Counted from the stretch's first letter, positions 47,674-57,804 are shown. The stretch is 64,000 nucleotides of DNA from Myxococcota bacterium (GCA_028285625.1 JANQOX010000018.1:19245-83244), one strand, 5' to 3'. Numbers and translations are program-made. The notes: a model not told the origin generated them from the letters alone.

Positions 47674-48543
47674 CTAGGAGACCTTGGCGACCACCTCGTC
47701 GGCGAAGCGCTTGAGCCCATCGACGGGATCGCCGCCTGCGGCCACGACGGGCATGGGCACCACCAGCCGGCTCACGCCCAGGTCGGCGTACTGGGGCACC
47801 TTGTCGAGGCCCTCGGCGGGCGGAATCCACATCGCGGTGATCTCGACCGTCGAGCGGTCGCGACCCTCGGCCGCGCAGGCCTCGTCGAGCTGCGCGAGCA
47901 GCGGCGTGAGCTGGTCGGTGCTCGCGGTCGGGGCGTACCACCCCTGGCCGTACTTGGCCGTCCGCTCGAACGCCTTGCCCTTGGAGCCCCCGATCACGAC
48001 GGGGAAGGGATCTTGCACCGGCACCGGATGGCTCTTGAAGCCGGTCCAGTGGAGGAAGTCGCTCTCGTGCTCCACGACGCCGCCCGACCACACCTTGCGC
48101 ATGGCCTGGATGGCGTCGTCGAACCGGGCACCCCGGCGCTCGAAGGGCACGCCCATGGCGTCGAACTCTTCGCGCAGCCAGCCGATGCCCACCCCCAGCA
48201 TGAAGCGGCCGCCCGACACGAAGTCGAGGCTCGCGGCCTGCTTGGCCAGGTAGAGGGGGTTGGACTGGGACAGGATGTTCACGCCCGTGGCGAGTCGCAC
48301 GCGGCTCGTGTGGGCTGCGATGGCCGAGAGCGCGATCAGGGGGTCGACGAAGTTGGCGTCGGGCTCGACGCCCATCTTGCCGTCGGGGCTGTAGGGGTAC
48401 TTGGAGGCGTAGTCGACCGGGACGATCACGTGTTCGAACGTCCAGAGCGACTCGACACCACCCTGCTCGGCGAGCACGGCGAGCTCGACCATCTTCTCGA
48501 CGCTCTGCACGCCGACGTTCACGGGGATGATGCCGATCTTCAT
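47674..48543 (-). CDS. Luciferase-like monooxygenase family oxidoreductase, possibly F420-dependent
   Basis: LLM pattern (LDFVSGGRFMLGVGIGW, PVVIGGSKGKAFERTAKYGQGW). Start at ATG 48543. Confidence 0.8.
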   Translation of the reverse strand: MKIGIIPVNVGVQSVEKMVELAVLAEQGGVESLWTFEHVIVPVDYASKYPYSPDGKMGVEPDANFVDPLIALSAIAAHTSRVRLATGVNILSQSNPLYLAKQAASLDFVSGGRFMLGVGIGWLREEFDAMGVPFERRGARFDDAIQAMRKVWSGGVVEHESDFLHWTGFKSHPVPVQDPFPVVIGGSKGKAFERTAKYGQGWYAPTASTDQLTPLLAQLDEACAAEGRDRSTVEITAMWIPPAEGLDKVPQYADLGVSRLVVPMPVVAAGGDPVDGLKRFADEVVAKVS

Positions 48544-48628
48544 GGGGTCCTCCTGGGTGGGGGCCCATGCTGGCACGAGTGGGGCCGGCCGTGCCACCGT
48601 GGGCGGGCCCCGTGCCGGAGAGCCGAAC

Positions 48629-50254
48629 ATGAGATCGAGCCGTCCGATCGCCCTCGCCGCGCTCCCGACGCTCGCGCTGCTGCTGGCCGTGGCCCCGAGC
48701 GCGGCCGCCCAGGATCGTCCCAACGTGGTGATCTTCGTGGCCGACGATCTCGGGTGGGCCGACGTGGGCTTCCGGGGCGGGCCCATCGACACGCCTTCGC
48801 TCGATCGCCTGGCCCGTGAGGGCACCGACCTGCACCGCTTCTACACGACGCCCATCTGCTCGCCGACCCGTGCGGCGTTGATGACGGGCCGCGACCCCAT
48901 GCGGTTGGGTGTGGCGTACGCGGTGATCATGCCCTGGAGCAACGTCGGCATTCATCCCGACGAGCACTTCATGCCCGAGAGCTTCCGCGCGGCGGGCTAT
49001 CAGACGGCCATGGTGGGCAAATGGCACCTGGGCCACGCCCAGCAGACCTATCACCCCAACGAGCGGGGGTTCGAGCATTTCTATGGCCACCTGCACACCG
49101 AGGTCGGCTACTTCCCCCCGTTCGCCAACCAGGGCGGCAAGGACTTCCAGCGAAACGGCGAGTCGATCGAGGCCACGGGCTACGAGACGTTCGTCCTGGC
49201 CGACGAGGCCACGCGCTACATCCGCGAGCGCGACGCGAGCCGGCCCTTCTTCCTGTACATGCCCTTCATCGCTCCGCACACCCCGCTCGAGGCCCCCGAC
49301 GACCTGCTCGCGAAGTACGCCGATCTCGAGGACGATCGTGAGCCCGCCCGCAGCGCCGGAACCGATCGCACCCGGCGCATGGCCCGCCTCATGCTGATGC
49401 CCAGCGCGCGTCCCGTCTATGCGGCGGTGGTGGACGCACTGGACCAGGCGATCGGGCGGGTACTCGACACGCTCGACGCCGAGGGCATTGCCGACGACAC
49501 CCTCGTGTTGTTCCTGAGCGACAACGGGGGCGCCTCCTACGCGATGGGTGGCGCCGACAACGTGCCCTTGCGGGGCGGCAAGGGCGAGACCTTCGAGGGG
49601 GGGATCCGGGTCGTTTCGCTGCTGCGCTGGCCGGCCCGTCTGCCGGCCGGCAGCCGCTTCGAAGGCACCATGAGCGCCATGGACGTCCTGCCCACGCTGG
49701 CCGAAGCGGCTGGCGTGCCCGTGCTCGCCGAGCGCAAGCTCGACGGTCGCAGCGTCTGGAAGGCCCTGGCCGCGGGCAAGCCCGAGCCGCGCGAGGACCT
49801 GCTCTTCTTCGCGTCGGAGACGCCGATCCGCGGCAGTTTCAGCCTGACCGCCTTCGACGACGAGTGGAAGCTTGTGCAGGAGGTGCAGCAGGGCCTGCTC
49901 AGCGCCGAGGTCACGAACTACCTGTTCCGCATCCGCGAGGACCCGTTCGAGTACCACAACCTCGCAAGCGAGCACCCCGAGCGCGTGGCCGAGCTGGCGG
50001 AGGCGATCCACCGCTGGCGTTCCTTGCACCCGGTGGCGGGCACCCGATCGACGTTGGTGCCTCCGCCCGGCTGGCGCGCGCCTCGCGACTGGGCCGACTA
50101 TCCAATCCCCATCGAGGCGCTGTTGGACGAGCCCGCGCCGGGCATGCCGCCAGCGTCCGCGTTGCGCCCCCTCGACTTCATGCACGGCGAGAACGGCCGC
50201 CTGCTCTACGACTGCGAGCCCTATCCGCTGCTGGGCGGGGGCCTTTGCAAGTAG
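48629..50254 (+). CDS. Arylsulfatase-family sulfatase (formylglycine type)
   Basis: Signal peptide, NVVIFVADDLGWAD and the CSPTRAALMTGR FGly motif, plus GKWHLG. Confidence 0.88.
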   Translation: MRSSRPIALAALPTLALLLAVAPSAAAQDRPNVVIFVADDLGWADVGFRGGPIDTPSLDRLAREGTDLHRFYTTPICSPTRAALMTGRDPMRLGVAYAVIMPWSNVGIHPDEHFMPESFRAAGYQTAMVGKWHLGHAQQTYHPNERGFEHFYGHLHTEVGYFPPFANQGGKDFQRNGESIEATGYETFVLADEATRYIRERDASRPFFLYMPFIAPHTPLEAPDDLLAKYADLEDDREPARSAGTDRTRRMARLMLMPSARPVYAAVVDALDQAIGRVLDTLDAEGIADDTLVLFLSDNGGASYAMGGADNVPLRGGKGETFEGGIRVVSLLRWPARLPAGSRFEGTMSAMDVLPTLAEAAGVPVLAERKLDGRSVWKALAAGKPEPREDLLFFASETPIRGSFSLTAFDDEWKLVQEVQQGLLSAEVTNYLFRIREDPFEYHNLASEHPERVAELAEAIHRWRSLHPVAGTRSTLVPPPGWRAPRDWADYPIPIEALLDEPAPGMPPASALRPLDFMHGENGRLLYDCEPYPLLGGGLCK

Positions 50255-50314
50255 CGACGGTGCCTCGCGCCTGCGACGCGCGGCACGCGAACCCATGTCG
50301 AGGAGGACCGGCGA

Positions 50315-51151
50315 TTGAAGATCGGCGTCTCTCTACCCGTTCGGGAACTGCGTGACGATCTGGGAGCCATCCGCGACTTTGCGCAGTTGGCAGAAGAGCT
50401 GGGGTACACGCATCTGCGGATTCCCGAGCAGATCGCGCGGCCCGACTCGGGCCACCTGCACGAGCCCATGACCCTGCTCGCCTGGGTCGCGGGCTTCACG
50501 CGCACGATCGAGCTGGTGCCCTCGGTGATCGTGCTTCCGGCGCGCCAGACCGTCCTCTTCGCGAAGCAGGCGGCGGAGGTCGACCGGCTCTCGCAGGGAA
50601 GGCTGCGGCTCGGGATCGGCGTGGGCGGCCACCGCCGTGAGTACGGCTCGCTGGGCCAGGACTTCGCCACGCGTGGCCGCCGCTGCACAGAGCAGATGCA
50701 GCTGCTCAAGCGCCTCTGGACCGAACCTCGCGTGACCTTCGAAGGCGAGTTCGATCGCGTGAGCAAGAACGGGATCGACCCCCTTCCGATCCAGCGTCCG
50801 ATTCCCATGTGGATCGGCGGAGCCAGCGTGCCGTCGCGGCCGGTTCTCGAACGAATCGGACGACACGCCGACGGCTGGTTCGCGATCTGTGCGCCCGAGC
50901 AGTTCGCGGCCATCCGCTCGGAGATCGACGCGGTCGCGCGCGAAGCGGGACGGGACCCGGCCGAGATCGGGGCCGAGAGTGGGGTCGGTGTTCCGGGACG
51001 AACCGAGGCCGAGTGGCTCGGAATCGTCGAGGCCCGCCGCGCCACGGGCGTGACCCACCTGTGCATGCGCACCCTCGGTGGCGACCTCGACGCCGGGGGG
51101 CACCTCTCCCTGCTGAGGGAGATCCGGCAGCGGCTCGACGACGCCCTCTGA
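50315..51151 (+). CDS. Luciferase-like monooxygenase family oxidoreductase, possibly F420-dependent
   Basis: TTG start with AGGAGGA 7 nt upstream. LLM pattern (VDRLSQGRLRLGIGVGG, PMWIGGAS). Confidence 0.78.
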   Translation: MKIGVSLPVRELRDDLGAIRDFAQLAEELGYTHLRIPEQIARPDSGHLHEPMTLLAWVAGFTRTIELVPSVIVLPARQTVLFAKQAAEVDRLSQGRLRLGIGVGGHRREYGSLGQDFATRGRRCTEQMQLLKRLWTEPRVTFEGEFDRVSKNGIDPLPIQRPIPMWIGGASVPSRPVLERIGRHADGWFAICAPEQFAAIRSEIDAVAREAGRDPAEIGAESGVGVPGRTEAEWLGIVEARRATGVTHLCMRTLGGDLDAGGHLSLLREIRQRLDDAL

Positions 51152-51205
51152 AGGGGCCCCCTGGGCCCGGTGCTAGCCTCGGGCGGTTCCCCAGAGGAGA
51201 CCCGC

Positions 51206-53443
51206 GTGGCTGCATCCACCCCCGAGATCGTCCATCGAAGCTGCAACCTCTGCGAGGCGCACTGCGGGGTTTCGGTCACCGTGGATCGCGCAGCCAACCG
51301 CGTGCTGGACATCCGCGGCGACGAGCACGATGCCCTGAGCCGCGGCTACGTCTGCCCCAAGGCGGTGGGGCTGCGCACGCTCTCGGAAGACCCCGACCGC
51401 CTGCGCGCGCCGGTCCGTCGGGTAGGCGATCGCTTCGAGGAGATCGGCTGGGACGAGGCCTTCGACCTGGTCGTCGGCCGGCTCGGGGCGATCCGCGACG
51501 AGCACGGGGCCAACGCGATCGCGACCTACCTCGGCAATCCCAACGCGCACGACTACGCCTCGACGCTCGCGATCGGCCCGCTACTCCGGTCCATCGGGAC
51601 CAAGTGGCGCTTCTCGGCCACCAGCGTGGACCAGTTGCCCAAGCACGTCTCGGCATGCCTGATGTTCGGGTCGATGACCGCGTTCCCGATCCCCGACGTC
51701 GATCGCACCGATCATCTGCTGGTGCTCGGCGCCAACCCGCTGGCCTCGAACGGCAGTCTGATGACGGCGCCCGACATGCGCGGCCGGCTGCGGCGTCTGC
51801 GCGAGCGCGGTGGCCGGCTGGTGGTGGTCGACCCGAGACGAAGCGAGACGGCGCGCATCGCCGACCGCCACCTGGCGATCCGCCCGGGGTCGGACGCGCT
51901 GTTCTTGTTCGCGATGGTGCACGTGCTGTTCGAGGAGGGCCTCGTCGATCTCGGCAATCTGACCGGCGACGTCATCGGCGTGGACGAAGTGCGCGACCTG
52001 GCGCGAGAGTTTTCGCCCGAGGCCGTGGCCGCTGCCGTCGGGGTCGACGCCCAGGCGATCCGCGAAGAGACGCGCGCCTTCGCCGCGGCCCCCTCGGCCG
52101 CGTGCTACGGGCGCATCGGAACCTGCACCCAGGAGTTCGGAGCCCTGGCCAGCTGGCTGGTGGACGTGGTGAACACGCTCACCGGCAATCTCGACCGCCC
52201 CGGTGGCGTGATGTTCCCGTTCACCGCCCACGAGCCGGCGATCCACGCGCCGCGCAGCCTGGGCTACGTACCCCACGCGCGCTGGCGCAGTCGCGTGCGC
52301 GGCCTGCCCGAGTTCGGCGGCGAGCTGCCGGTCTCGACCCTGGCCGAAGAGATCGACACCCCGGGCGAGGGGCGCGTTCGGGCCCTGCTCACGGTGGCGG
52401 GCAACCCCGTGCTCTCGACGCCGCACGCCGAGCGTCTCGACCGCGCGCTCGGCGAGCTCGACTTCATGGTGTCGATCGACCTCTACCTGAACGAGACCAC
52501 CCGCCATGCGGACGTGATCCTGCCCACGTCGGCGCCGCTCGAGCGCACCAACTACGACATGGTCTTCCACCAGCACTCGGTGCGAAATCACGCCAAGTGG
52601 TCGCCGGTGGTGCTCACGCCCCCGCCCGGCGTGAAGAACCTCTGGGAGATCACCATGGAGCTCGCAGGCCGTCTGCAGGGCGCGGACGGAGCGGCCGCCG
52701 AAGAGGTGATGTTGAGCGCGCTGCTGCGATCGACGGTGGGGCCGGGCAAGGTTTGCGACACGGTCGACGAGGCGCAGGCGCGCGAGAAGCTCGCCAAGTG
52801 GCAGGGCCCCGAACGCGTACTCGACCTGCTGCTCCGTGCGGGTCGTCATGGCGACCGGTTTCGCGACGATGGCCAGGGCCTCTCGCTGCAGGCGTTGATC
52901 GAGGCCGAGCACGGCATCGACCTCGGCCCGATGGAGCCCAGGCTCGACAGCAAGCTCGCCACGTCGAGCGGCAAGGTCGAGCTGGCGCACGAAATGCTGC
53001 TGGGAGACGTGCCGCGGCTGCGGCGTTTCCTCGACCGCCCCGCGCCGCCGCTCGTGCTGGTCGGCCGTCGCCACGTGCGCTCGAACAACTCCTGGATGCA
53101 CAACGTGCCGGCCCTCGCCAAGGGCCCCGACCGCTGCACGCTGCTCGTGCACCCCGACGATGCGCGTACCCACGGTGTGCAGGACGGCGCCCGTGCCGTG
53201 GTGCGCTCGCGGGTGGGCGAAGTCGAGGTGCCCGTGGTGGTGAGCGACGAGATGCGGCCGGGTGTCGTGAGCCTGCCTCACGGCTTCGGTCACGGCGGCC
53301 CCGGCGTTCGTCTGCGGGTGGCGGCCGAGAAGCAGCCCGGCCCCAATAGCAATGTGCTGACCGACCCGCTGGCCCTCGACGAGCTCTCCGGCAACGCCGT
53401 CCTGAACGGCATCCCGGTCGAAGTCGCACCGGTGGGCGGCTAG
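51206..53443 (+). CDS. Molybdopterin (bis-MGD) oxidoreductase family protein
   Basis: N-terminal Fe-S motif CNLCEAHCG, MopB-type core and a C-terminal molybdopterin dinucleotide-binding domain (VRSRVGEVEVPVVVSDEMRPGVVSLPHG). GTG 51206 with AGGAGA upstream. Confidence 0.85.
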   Translation: MAASTPEIVHRSCNLCEAHCGVSVTVDRAANRVLDIRGDEHDALSRGYVCPKAVGLRTLSEDPDRLRAPVRRVGDRFEEIGWDEAFDLVVGRLGAIRDEHGANAIATYLGNPNAHDYASTLAIGPLLRSIGTKWRFSATSVDQLPKHVSACLMFGSMTAFPIPDVDRTDHLLVLGANPLASNGSLMTAPDMRGRLRRLRERGGRLVVVDPRRSETARIADRHLAIRPGSDALFLFAMVHVLFEEGLVDLGNLTGDVIGVDEVRDLAREFSPEAVAAAVGVDAQAIREETRAFAAAPSAACYGRIGTCTQEFGALASWLVDVVNTLTGNLDRPGGVMFPFTAHEPAIHAPRSLGYVPHARWRSRVRGLPEFGGELPVSTLAEEIDTPGEGRVRALLTVAGNPVLSTPHAERLDRALGELDFMVSIDLYLNETTRHADVILPTSAPLERTNYDMVFHQHSVRNHAKWSPVVLTPPPGVKNLWEITMELAGRLQGADGAAAEEVMLSALLRSTVGPGKVCDTVDEAQAREKLAKWQGPERVLDLLLRAGRHGDRFRDDGQGLSLQALIEAEHGIDLGPMEPRLDSKLATSSGKVELAHEMLLGDVPRLRRFLDRPAPPLVLVGRRHVRSNNSWMHNVPALAKGPDRCTLLVHPDDARTHGVQDGARAVVRSRVGEVEVPVVVSDEMRPGVVSLPHGFGHGGPGVRLRVAAEKQPGPNSNVLTDPLALDELSGNAVLNGIPVEVAPVGG

Positions 53444-53465
53444 CGGTCGGCGCAGGGGGAGCCCC

Positions 53466-54116
53466 GTGAAGCTCTACTCCGGTCCGCTCAGCATGTTCGG
53501 CGCGAAGGCCGAGATCGCCGTGCTCGAGAAGGGCATCGACTGTGAGCGCGAGCACGTGCCCTTCGAGCTGGCACGCCTCTACGAACCCAAGCACCCCGAG
53601 GTGCTGCGGGTCAACCCGAAGGCAGAGGTGCCGGTGCTGGTGGACGGCGACCTCGACGTGTTCGACTCGACGCAGGTCTTCGAGTACCTGGAGGACGTGG
53701 CGCCCGATCCGCCGCTCTGGCCGCGCGACCCGCGCGCACGCGCGCGTGCCCGCCAGCTCGAGCTGCGAAGCGACGAGGTGTTCTTCCCGCACGTCGTCAC
53801 GATCATGCCCCAGCGGACCCAGGCGACCGCCGAGCAGGCACAGGCCGCGAAGCAGGCGATCGCCCGCTACTACGAAGAGATGGAGCCTCAGCTCGACCCC
53901 GGCCCGTACCTGGCGGGCGAGTACACCTACGCCGACATCGCCTTCTTCATGGCGCAGACCTTCGCGGGCTTTCTCGGGGCGCCGTGGGGGGCAGGGCATC
54001 CGCGACTCGACGCGTGGCGCGACCGCGTGGCCTCCCGCCCCGCCGTCACGGCCGTGCTCGGGCCGATGGCGGCCTACGTCGCGGCGCAATCGGGTCGGCC
54101 GTCCAACGACCCCTGA
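53466..54116 (+). CDS. Glutathione S-transferase family protein
   Basis: Thioredoxin-like N-terminal domain (LYSGPLSMFGAKAEIAVLEKG, VPVLVDGD..VFDSTQVFEYLED) plus a helical C-terminal domain. Confidence 0.8.
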   Translation: MKLYSGPLSMFGAKAEIAVLEKGIDCEREHVPFELARLYEPKHPEVLRVNPKAEVPVLVDGDLDVFDSTQVFEYLEDVAPDPPLWPRDPRARARARQLELRSDEVFFPHVVTIMPQRTQATAEQAQAAKQAIARYYEEMEPQLDPGPYLAGEYTYADIAFFMAQTFAGFLGAPWGAGHPRLDAWRDRVASRPAVTAVLGPMAAYVAAQSGRPSNDP

Positions 54117-54158
54117 GCCGCGTCTTCGACCGGTGCACCGCGGAGATGCGCAGTCGCC

Positions 54159-54213
54159 GTGGCGCCCTCAGAGCCCGTCGCGGTGGCGCCCTCAGAGCCC
54201 GTCGCGGTGGCGG
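54159..54213. repeat. 24-bp perfect tandem duplication (x2 plus 7-nt partial third copy)
   Basis: GTGGCGCCCTCAGAGCCCGTCGCG at 54159-54182 and again at 54183-54206, then GTGGCGG. Copy 2 contains the stop codon and last codons of the small minus-strand ORF. Confidence 0.9.
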
Positions 54214-54332
54214 AAGCGGCCGTCCATCATGTCCAGCACGCCGACCTTCGAGATGGCCATCGTATCCACCTCGCGCAGATCCTTGCTGGCGGCCTCGTAG
54301 AGGGCGAGGGCCCGATGCAGGGGATCGGGCAT
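54192..54332 (-). CDS. Small hypothetical protein (46 aa), not in ORF track
   Basis: MPDPLHRALALYEAASKDLREVDTMAISKVGVLDMMDGRFRHRDGL. 42 of 46 codons end in G/C, like genuine genes here. An upstream in-frame stop lies 2 codons before the ATG. No clear SD. Confidence 0.45.
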   Translation of the reverse strand: MPDPLHRALALYEAASKDLREVDTMAISKVGVLDMMDGRFRHRDGL

Positions 54333-54474
54333 CCGCTAGGGTCGCAGTCCGGAGGCGAACCGTGCGACTGCATCGCCGCTGACCCGACCCCTCGACCCGA
54401 CGGTCCGTCGGGCGAAGCCCCTACCGCTAGCGCACCGAGCATGGCTCCGGGCGCCCGCGGCCCTTGGAGATCCC

Positions 54475-55452
54475 ATGCGCTTCTTTCTTGCCCTGCTGTC
54501 CGCCCTGGCCGTCCAGGCGGGTCTGGCGCCGGCGGCCCAGGCCGAAGCCCGTACCTTCACGTTTCGCTACGAGGTGGTCGCCGGCCCCTTCGAGGCCGGG
54601 GCCGGTCCCGTCCACGTCTGGGTGCCCCTGGCGCGTCGCGCCGACGGCCAGCGCGTTCTCGCCGAGCGCATCGACGCTTCGATCCCGGGCGAGGTCGGGG
54701 TCGAGTCGGTCTACGGCAACCGCTACTGGCAGGGCACACTCGCCGAGCCGGGCGCCGACGCGGTGCGGGTGATCGTCGAGACCACGGTCGAGCGCGAGGT
54801 CGACCGGGGACGGGAGGACGAGACGGGTTCTGCCGCGGCGCTCGCCCCCTATCTCGGGCCGAACGCGCGCGTCCTGGTGGGAGACCCGATTCTCGACCCC
54901 ATCCTCGCCGAGATCCGGCCAGCCGTGGACTCGGACGATCCCGCAGACCTTTCGCGCGGGATCTACGATTGGGTCGTGGACAACGTCGAGTACAAGAAGG
55001 TCGGAACCGGGTGGGGCAACGGCGACACCTTCTGGGCGTGCAACGAGCGCTATGGCAACTGCACCGACTTCCATGCGCTGATCACGTCGCTTGCGCGAAC
55101 CGAGGGCATCCCCGCGCGTTTCGAGATGGGTTTTCCCGTGCCGCTCGACCGGCCGTCCGGAGAGATCGGCGGCTACCACTGCTGGCTACAGCTTCACCTG
55201 CCCGGGCGCGGCTGGCTGCCCATCGACGCCAGCGAAGCCGCGAAGCACCCCGAGAAGCGCGAGCTCTACTACGGCACGCACCCTGCCGACCGCATCCACT
55301 TCTCGACCGGCCGCGACCTGCGGCTGGGCCCCGACCACCGCGGCGACCCGCTCAACTACTTCGTGTACCCGTACGTCGAGGCCGGCGGCACGGCCTGGGA
55401 GGGCCCCCTGGAGAAGCGCTTCGCGTTTCGCGAGGGCGCGGAAGCGCCCTGA
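54475..55452 (+). CDS. Secreted transglutaminase-like (cysteine protease fold) protein
   Basis: Signal peptide, Cys nucleophile region GNCTDFHALITSLAR, His in GYHCWLQL, and Asp in LPIDASE. Confidence 0.8.
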   Translation: MRFFLALLSALAVQAGLAPAAQAEARTFTFRYEVVAGPFEAGAGPVHVWVPLARRADGQRVLAERIDASIPGEVGVESVYGNRYWQGTLAEPGADAVRVIVETTVEREVDRGREDETGSAAALAPYLGPNARVLVGDPILDPILAEIRPAVDSDDPADLSRGIYDWVVDNVEYKKVGTGWGNGDTFWACNERYGNCTDFHALITSLARTEGIPARFEMGFPVPLDRPSGEIGGYHCWLQLHLPGRGWLPIDASEAAKHPEKRELYYGTHPADRIHFSTGRDLRLGPDHRGDPLNYFVYPYVEAGGTAWEGPLEKRFAFREGAEAP

Positions 55453-55477
55453 GGCATCTCGAGCGAGGCGCGCGGCT

Positions 55478-56692
55478 TCAGGCTGGCCCGGGGGCGTCGG
55501 TCACCAGGACGAGTTCGGAGGCATCGCCGAACGCCGTGCTCGAGCCGGGCGCCGCGCAGTAGGGCGCGAGCGCATCGAAGAAGCGGTCGGGATCGATCAC
55601 CGCCTCGGGTGCGAAGACGCCGCGCCGGTCGATGTGGCCCTCATGGAGCAGCGGCAGGCCCAGTGCGAGCGGCACGCCCGTCACACCCCCCATGCCGCCA
55701 GGCGGGGCACCCTGCACGAGGGCGCCGCAGCGGTGCGGCTTGCCGCCGCGCTCGCCGATCGCGAGCGCGAACAGCGGCGGTAGCGCGTGGCTCGCCTTCG
55801 GGCCCGCCGCGGCTTCCAGCGTCTTGCGGGTGTCGTCGGGCATCGGTCCGGCGAGCAGCGCAGCCGCTTCTTCCACACGGAGCTGTTTCGCGTCGATCGC
55901 ATCGCGGATCTCCGTCACGGCGTCCATCAGGGCACGGGGCCCGGTCATCAGGTTCGTCGCGTCTTGGATCTGCGAAAAGGTGAGCGGCAGGGTCAGGGCC
56001 TCTGGATGGCCCACGCTCCACGTCGGCGCGCGGCCGATGCCGGGGTAGTCGATCTCGCGCTCTTCGACCGGGCGGACGTCGGTGAACGCACCGTCGCGGC
56101 GAACGCGGATCTTCCCGGAGCACTGGTGCATCCAGTGGACGAGCGCCGCGCTGGGCTCGGCCCCAGGCTGGCCGCCGAGGACCGGCTCTTCCCCGTCGCC
56201 TTCTTCGAGGCCGTCGAGGCTCCAGCCGGTCAGCACCTCGTGGGCGGTGTCGAGGCCCCTCATGGCCCTCACAGCCAGCAGATTCGAGATGCCCGGGCTC
56301 GCGCCCAGGCCGATCACGGCCGTCACGCCCGCGGCCTCGGCGGCGCCGTGCCGTTCGAGCATCTCGAGCGTGGGCTCCCAATCGTCGTTGATGTCGAAGT
56401 AGTGGCAACCCGCGTCGATGGCGGTTTCGAGGATCGGCACGCCGAAGCGATAGAAGGGGCCGACGGTGTTGAGGACGACGTCGGACGAGGACATCAGCGC
56501 TCGCAGAGCGCCAACGTCCCGCGCGTCGACCTCCGCCGCGCGGGCCTTGGCGCCGCATTGTTTTGCGAGGCGGGTGGCCGCGTCCGCATCGCGGTCGGCC
56601 ACGACCACCTCGTCGACGAAGTCGAAACCGATCGCCGTAAGCACCGCGTGGCGGCCCATGTCGCCACTGCCCCCGAGTGCCAGCACCTTCAT
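55478..56692 (-). CDS. Saccharopine dehydrogenase-like NAD(P)-binding oxidoreductase
   Basis: Rossmann MKVLALGGSGDMG. Start at ATG 56692, preceded by GGAGGAGGAGG. Confidence 0.8.
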   Translation of the reverse strand: MKVLALGGSGDMGRHAVLTAIGFDFVDEVVVADRDADAATRLAKQCGAKARAAEVDARDVGALRALMSSSDVVLNTVGPFYRFGVPILETAIDAGCHYFDINDDWEPTLEMLERHGAAEAAGVTAVIGLGASPGISNLLAVRAMRGLDTAHEVLTGWSLDGLEEGDGEEPVLGGQPGAEPSAALVHWMHQCSGKIRVRRDGAFTDVRPVEEREIDYPGIGRAPTWSVGHPEALTLPLTFSQIQDATNLMTGPRALMDAVTEIRDAIDAKQLRVEEAAALLAGPMPDDTRKTLEAAAGPKASHALPPLFALAIGERGGKPHRCGALVQGAPPGGMGGVTGVPLALGLPLLHEGHIDRRGVFAPEAVIDPDRFFDALAPYCAAPGSSTAFGDASELVLVTDAPGPA

Positions 56693-56918
56693 CGTGGGCC
56701 TCCTCCTCCCGGGCCCCGGCGCCGTCTCGTGGCCCGTCTCCCAAGTGTCCCACGTCGCGCGCAATTCGTCCCCTCGCCCCCGGGTTGGATCGGGCCCGCA
56801 CGGGCCGAGGCCTCCCCATGCCCAATTGGTCTAGGCTCCCAGCAGGGCGGACGCGACGGCGGCTTCCGGCGCGACGGCGGCCTGCGGCCGCTGCGCGCAG
56901 CAACGCGGAGGGTGCTCG

Positions 56919-57521
56919 ATGGAATCGCGAGGTTCATCGACCGGCGGGGTCGTCCTCGGGCTCGTCTTGTTGGCCGCGGGTGTGGCCGTCTTCGGCGTCC
57001 GCCTGCTGCACGAAGGGCCCTATGCCGTGCCGCGGGGCGGCAACCTGCTCGGCGGCGTCGGGGCGCTCGCCCTCGGCGCGCTGTTTCTCGCGCCCGGGGT
57101 GCCGCGGTTGCTTCGCCGCGCCACGGCGATCGTGAGCCCGGTGATCCTGTTCTTCGCGCTCTATGCGATCGGCGCCGAGCTCGAAGAGACCATCTCGCTT
57201 TACGCGACCGACTCGGCCGGCCGCCCGGCCGAGCTGCGCCTGTGGATCGTCGATCGCGAGGACGGCGAGTGGGCGGGCATGCCCCGCACCAAGGCCGTCG
57301 AGCACGCCCTCGACGGGGCGCGGCTCGACCTGCTGCGGGCCGGCGAGACCCGCTGCGTCGTGCCCGTCGTTTCCGAGGACCGCGCGACCACGCGCGAGAT
57401 CCACGCCATGAAGGTCGACAAGTACGCGGTGGCGCGGGCGTCGGCCGTCATCGGCCTCTACCCGCGCGAGGCGCGCGACGGCATGGTTGCCGTGCGCTTC
57501 GACCCCTGCCCGGCCGGCTGA
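56919..57521 (+). CDS. Hypothetical membrane-anchored protein
   Basis: Three N-terminal hydrophobic segments, then a soluble domain of about 110 aa. SD GGAGGG 7 nt upstream. No family recognised. Confidence 0.55.
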   Translation: MESRGSSTGGVVLGLVLLAAGVAVFGVRLLHEGPYAVPRGGNLLGGVGALALGALFLAPGVPRLLRRATAIVSPVILFFALYAIGAELEETISLYATDSAGRPAELRLWIVDREDGEWAGMPRTKAVEHALDGARLDLLRAGETRCVVPVVSEDRATTREIHAMKVDKYAVARASAVIGLYPREARDGMVAVRFDPCPAG

Positions 57522-57804
57522 GCCGGGCGGCTCGGTCCGTCGCCATGGGTCTCGCGGAGCAGGGTGCTCTAGCCCGTCTGGCACGGCCCCAGAGGAAGAA
57601 GGTCTCCAGTCCGGGGGCGGCATGTGGCGTCGACCTCTTGAACAGGAACCTCAATCGATCATGACATCAAGAACCGGTAGGTCGGATGCCGACCTCCCGG
57701 TCCCCGCCGGCCCGGTTGCCTCGAAGGACATGTGACGCCCTCTACGAGATAGATGGAGAGGTTTGGGGATCGGGTGGCGGGATCTCGCAGCGGCCGCTCT
57801 GGCG

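Noticed and set aside
51206-53443. Molybdopterin oxidoreductase as a selenocysteine-containing formate dehydrogenase (a client for SelB).
   Set aside because: The reading frame is uninterrupted with no in-frame TGA, and the N-terminal cluster motif uses Cys (CNLCEAHCG). Nothing marks it as a selenoprotein.
57661-57735. Short ORFs in the convergent spacer: a 24-aa plus-strand ORF starting at ATG 57661, and a 26-aa minus-strand ORF.
   Set aside because: Neither has an SD, their third-position composition is mixed (unlike real genes here), and no recognisable peptide features are present.
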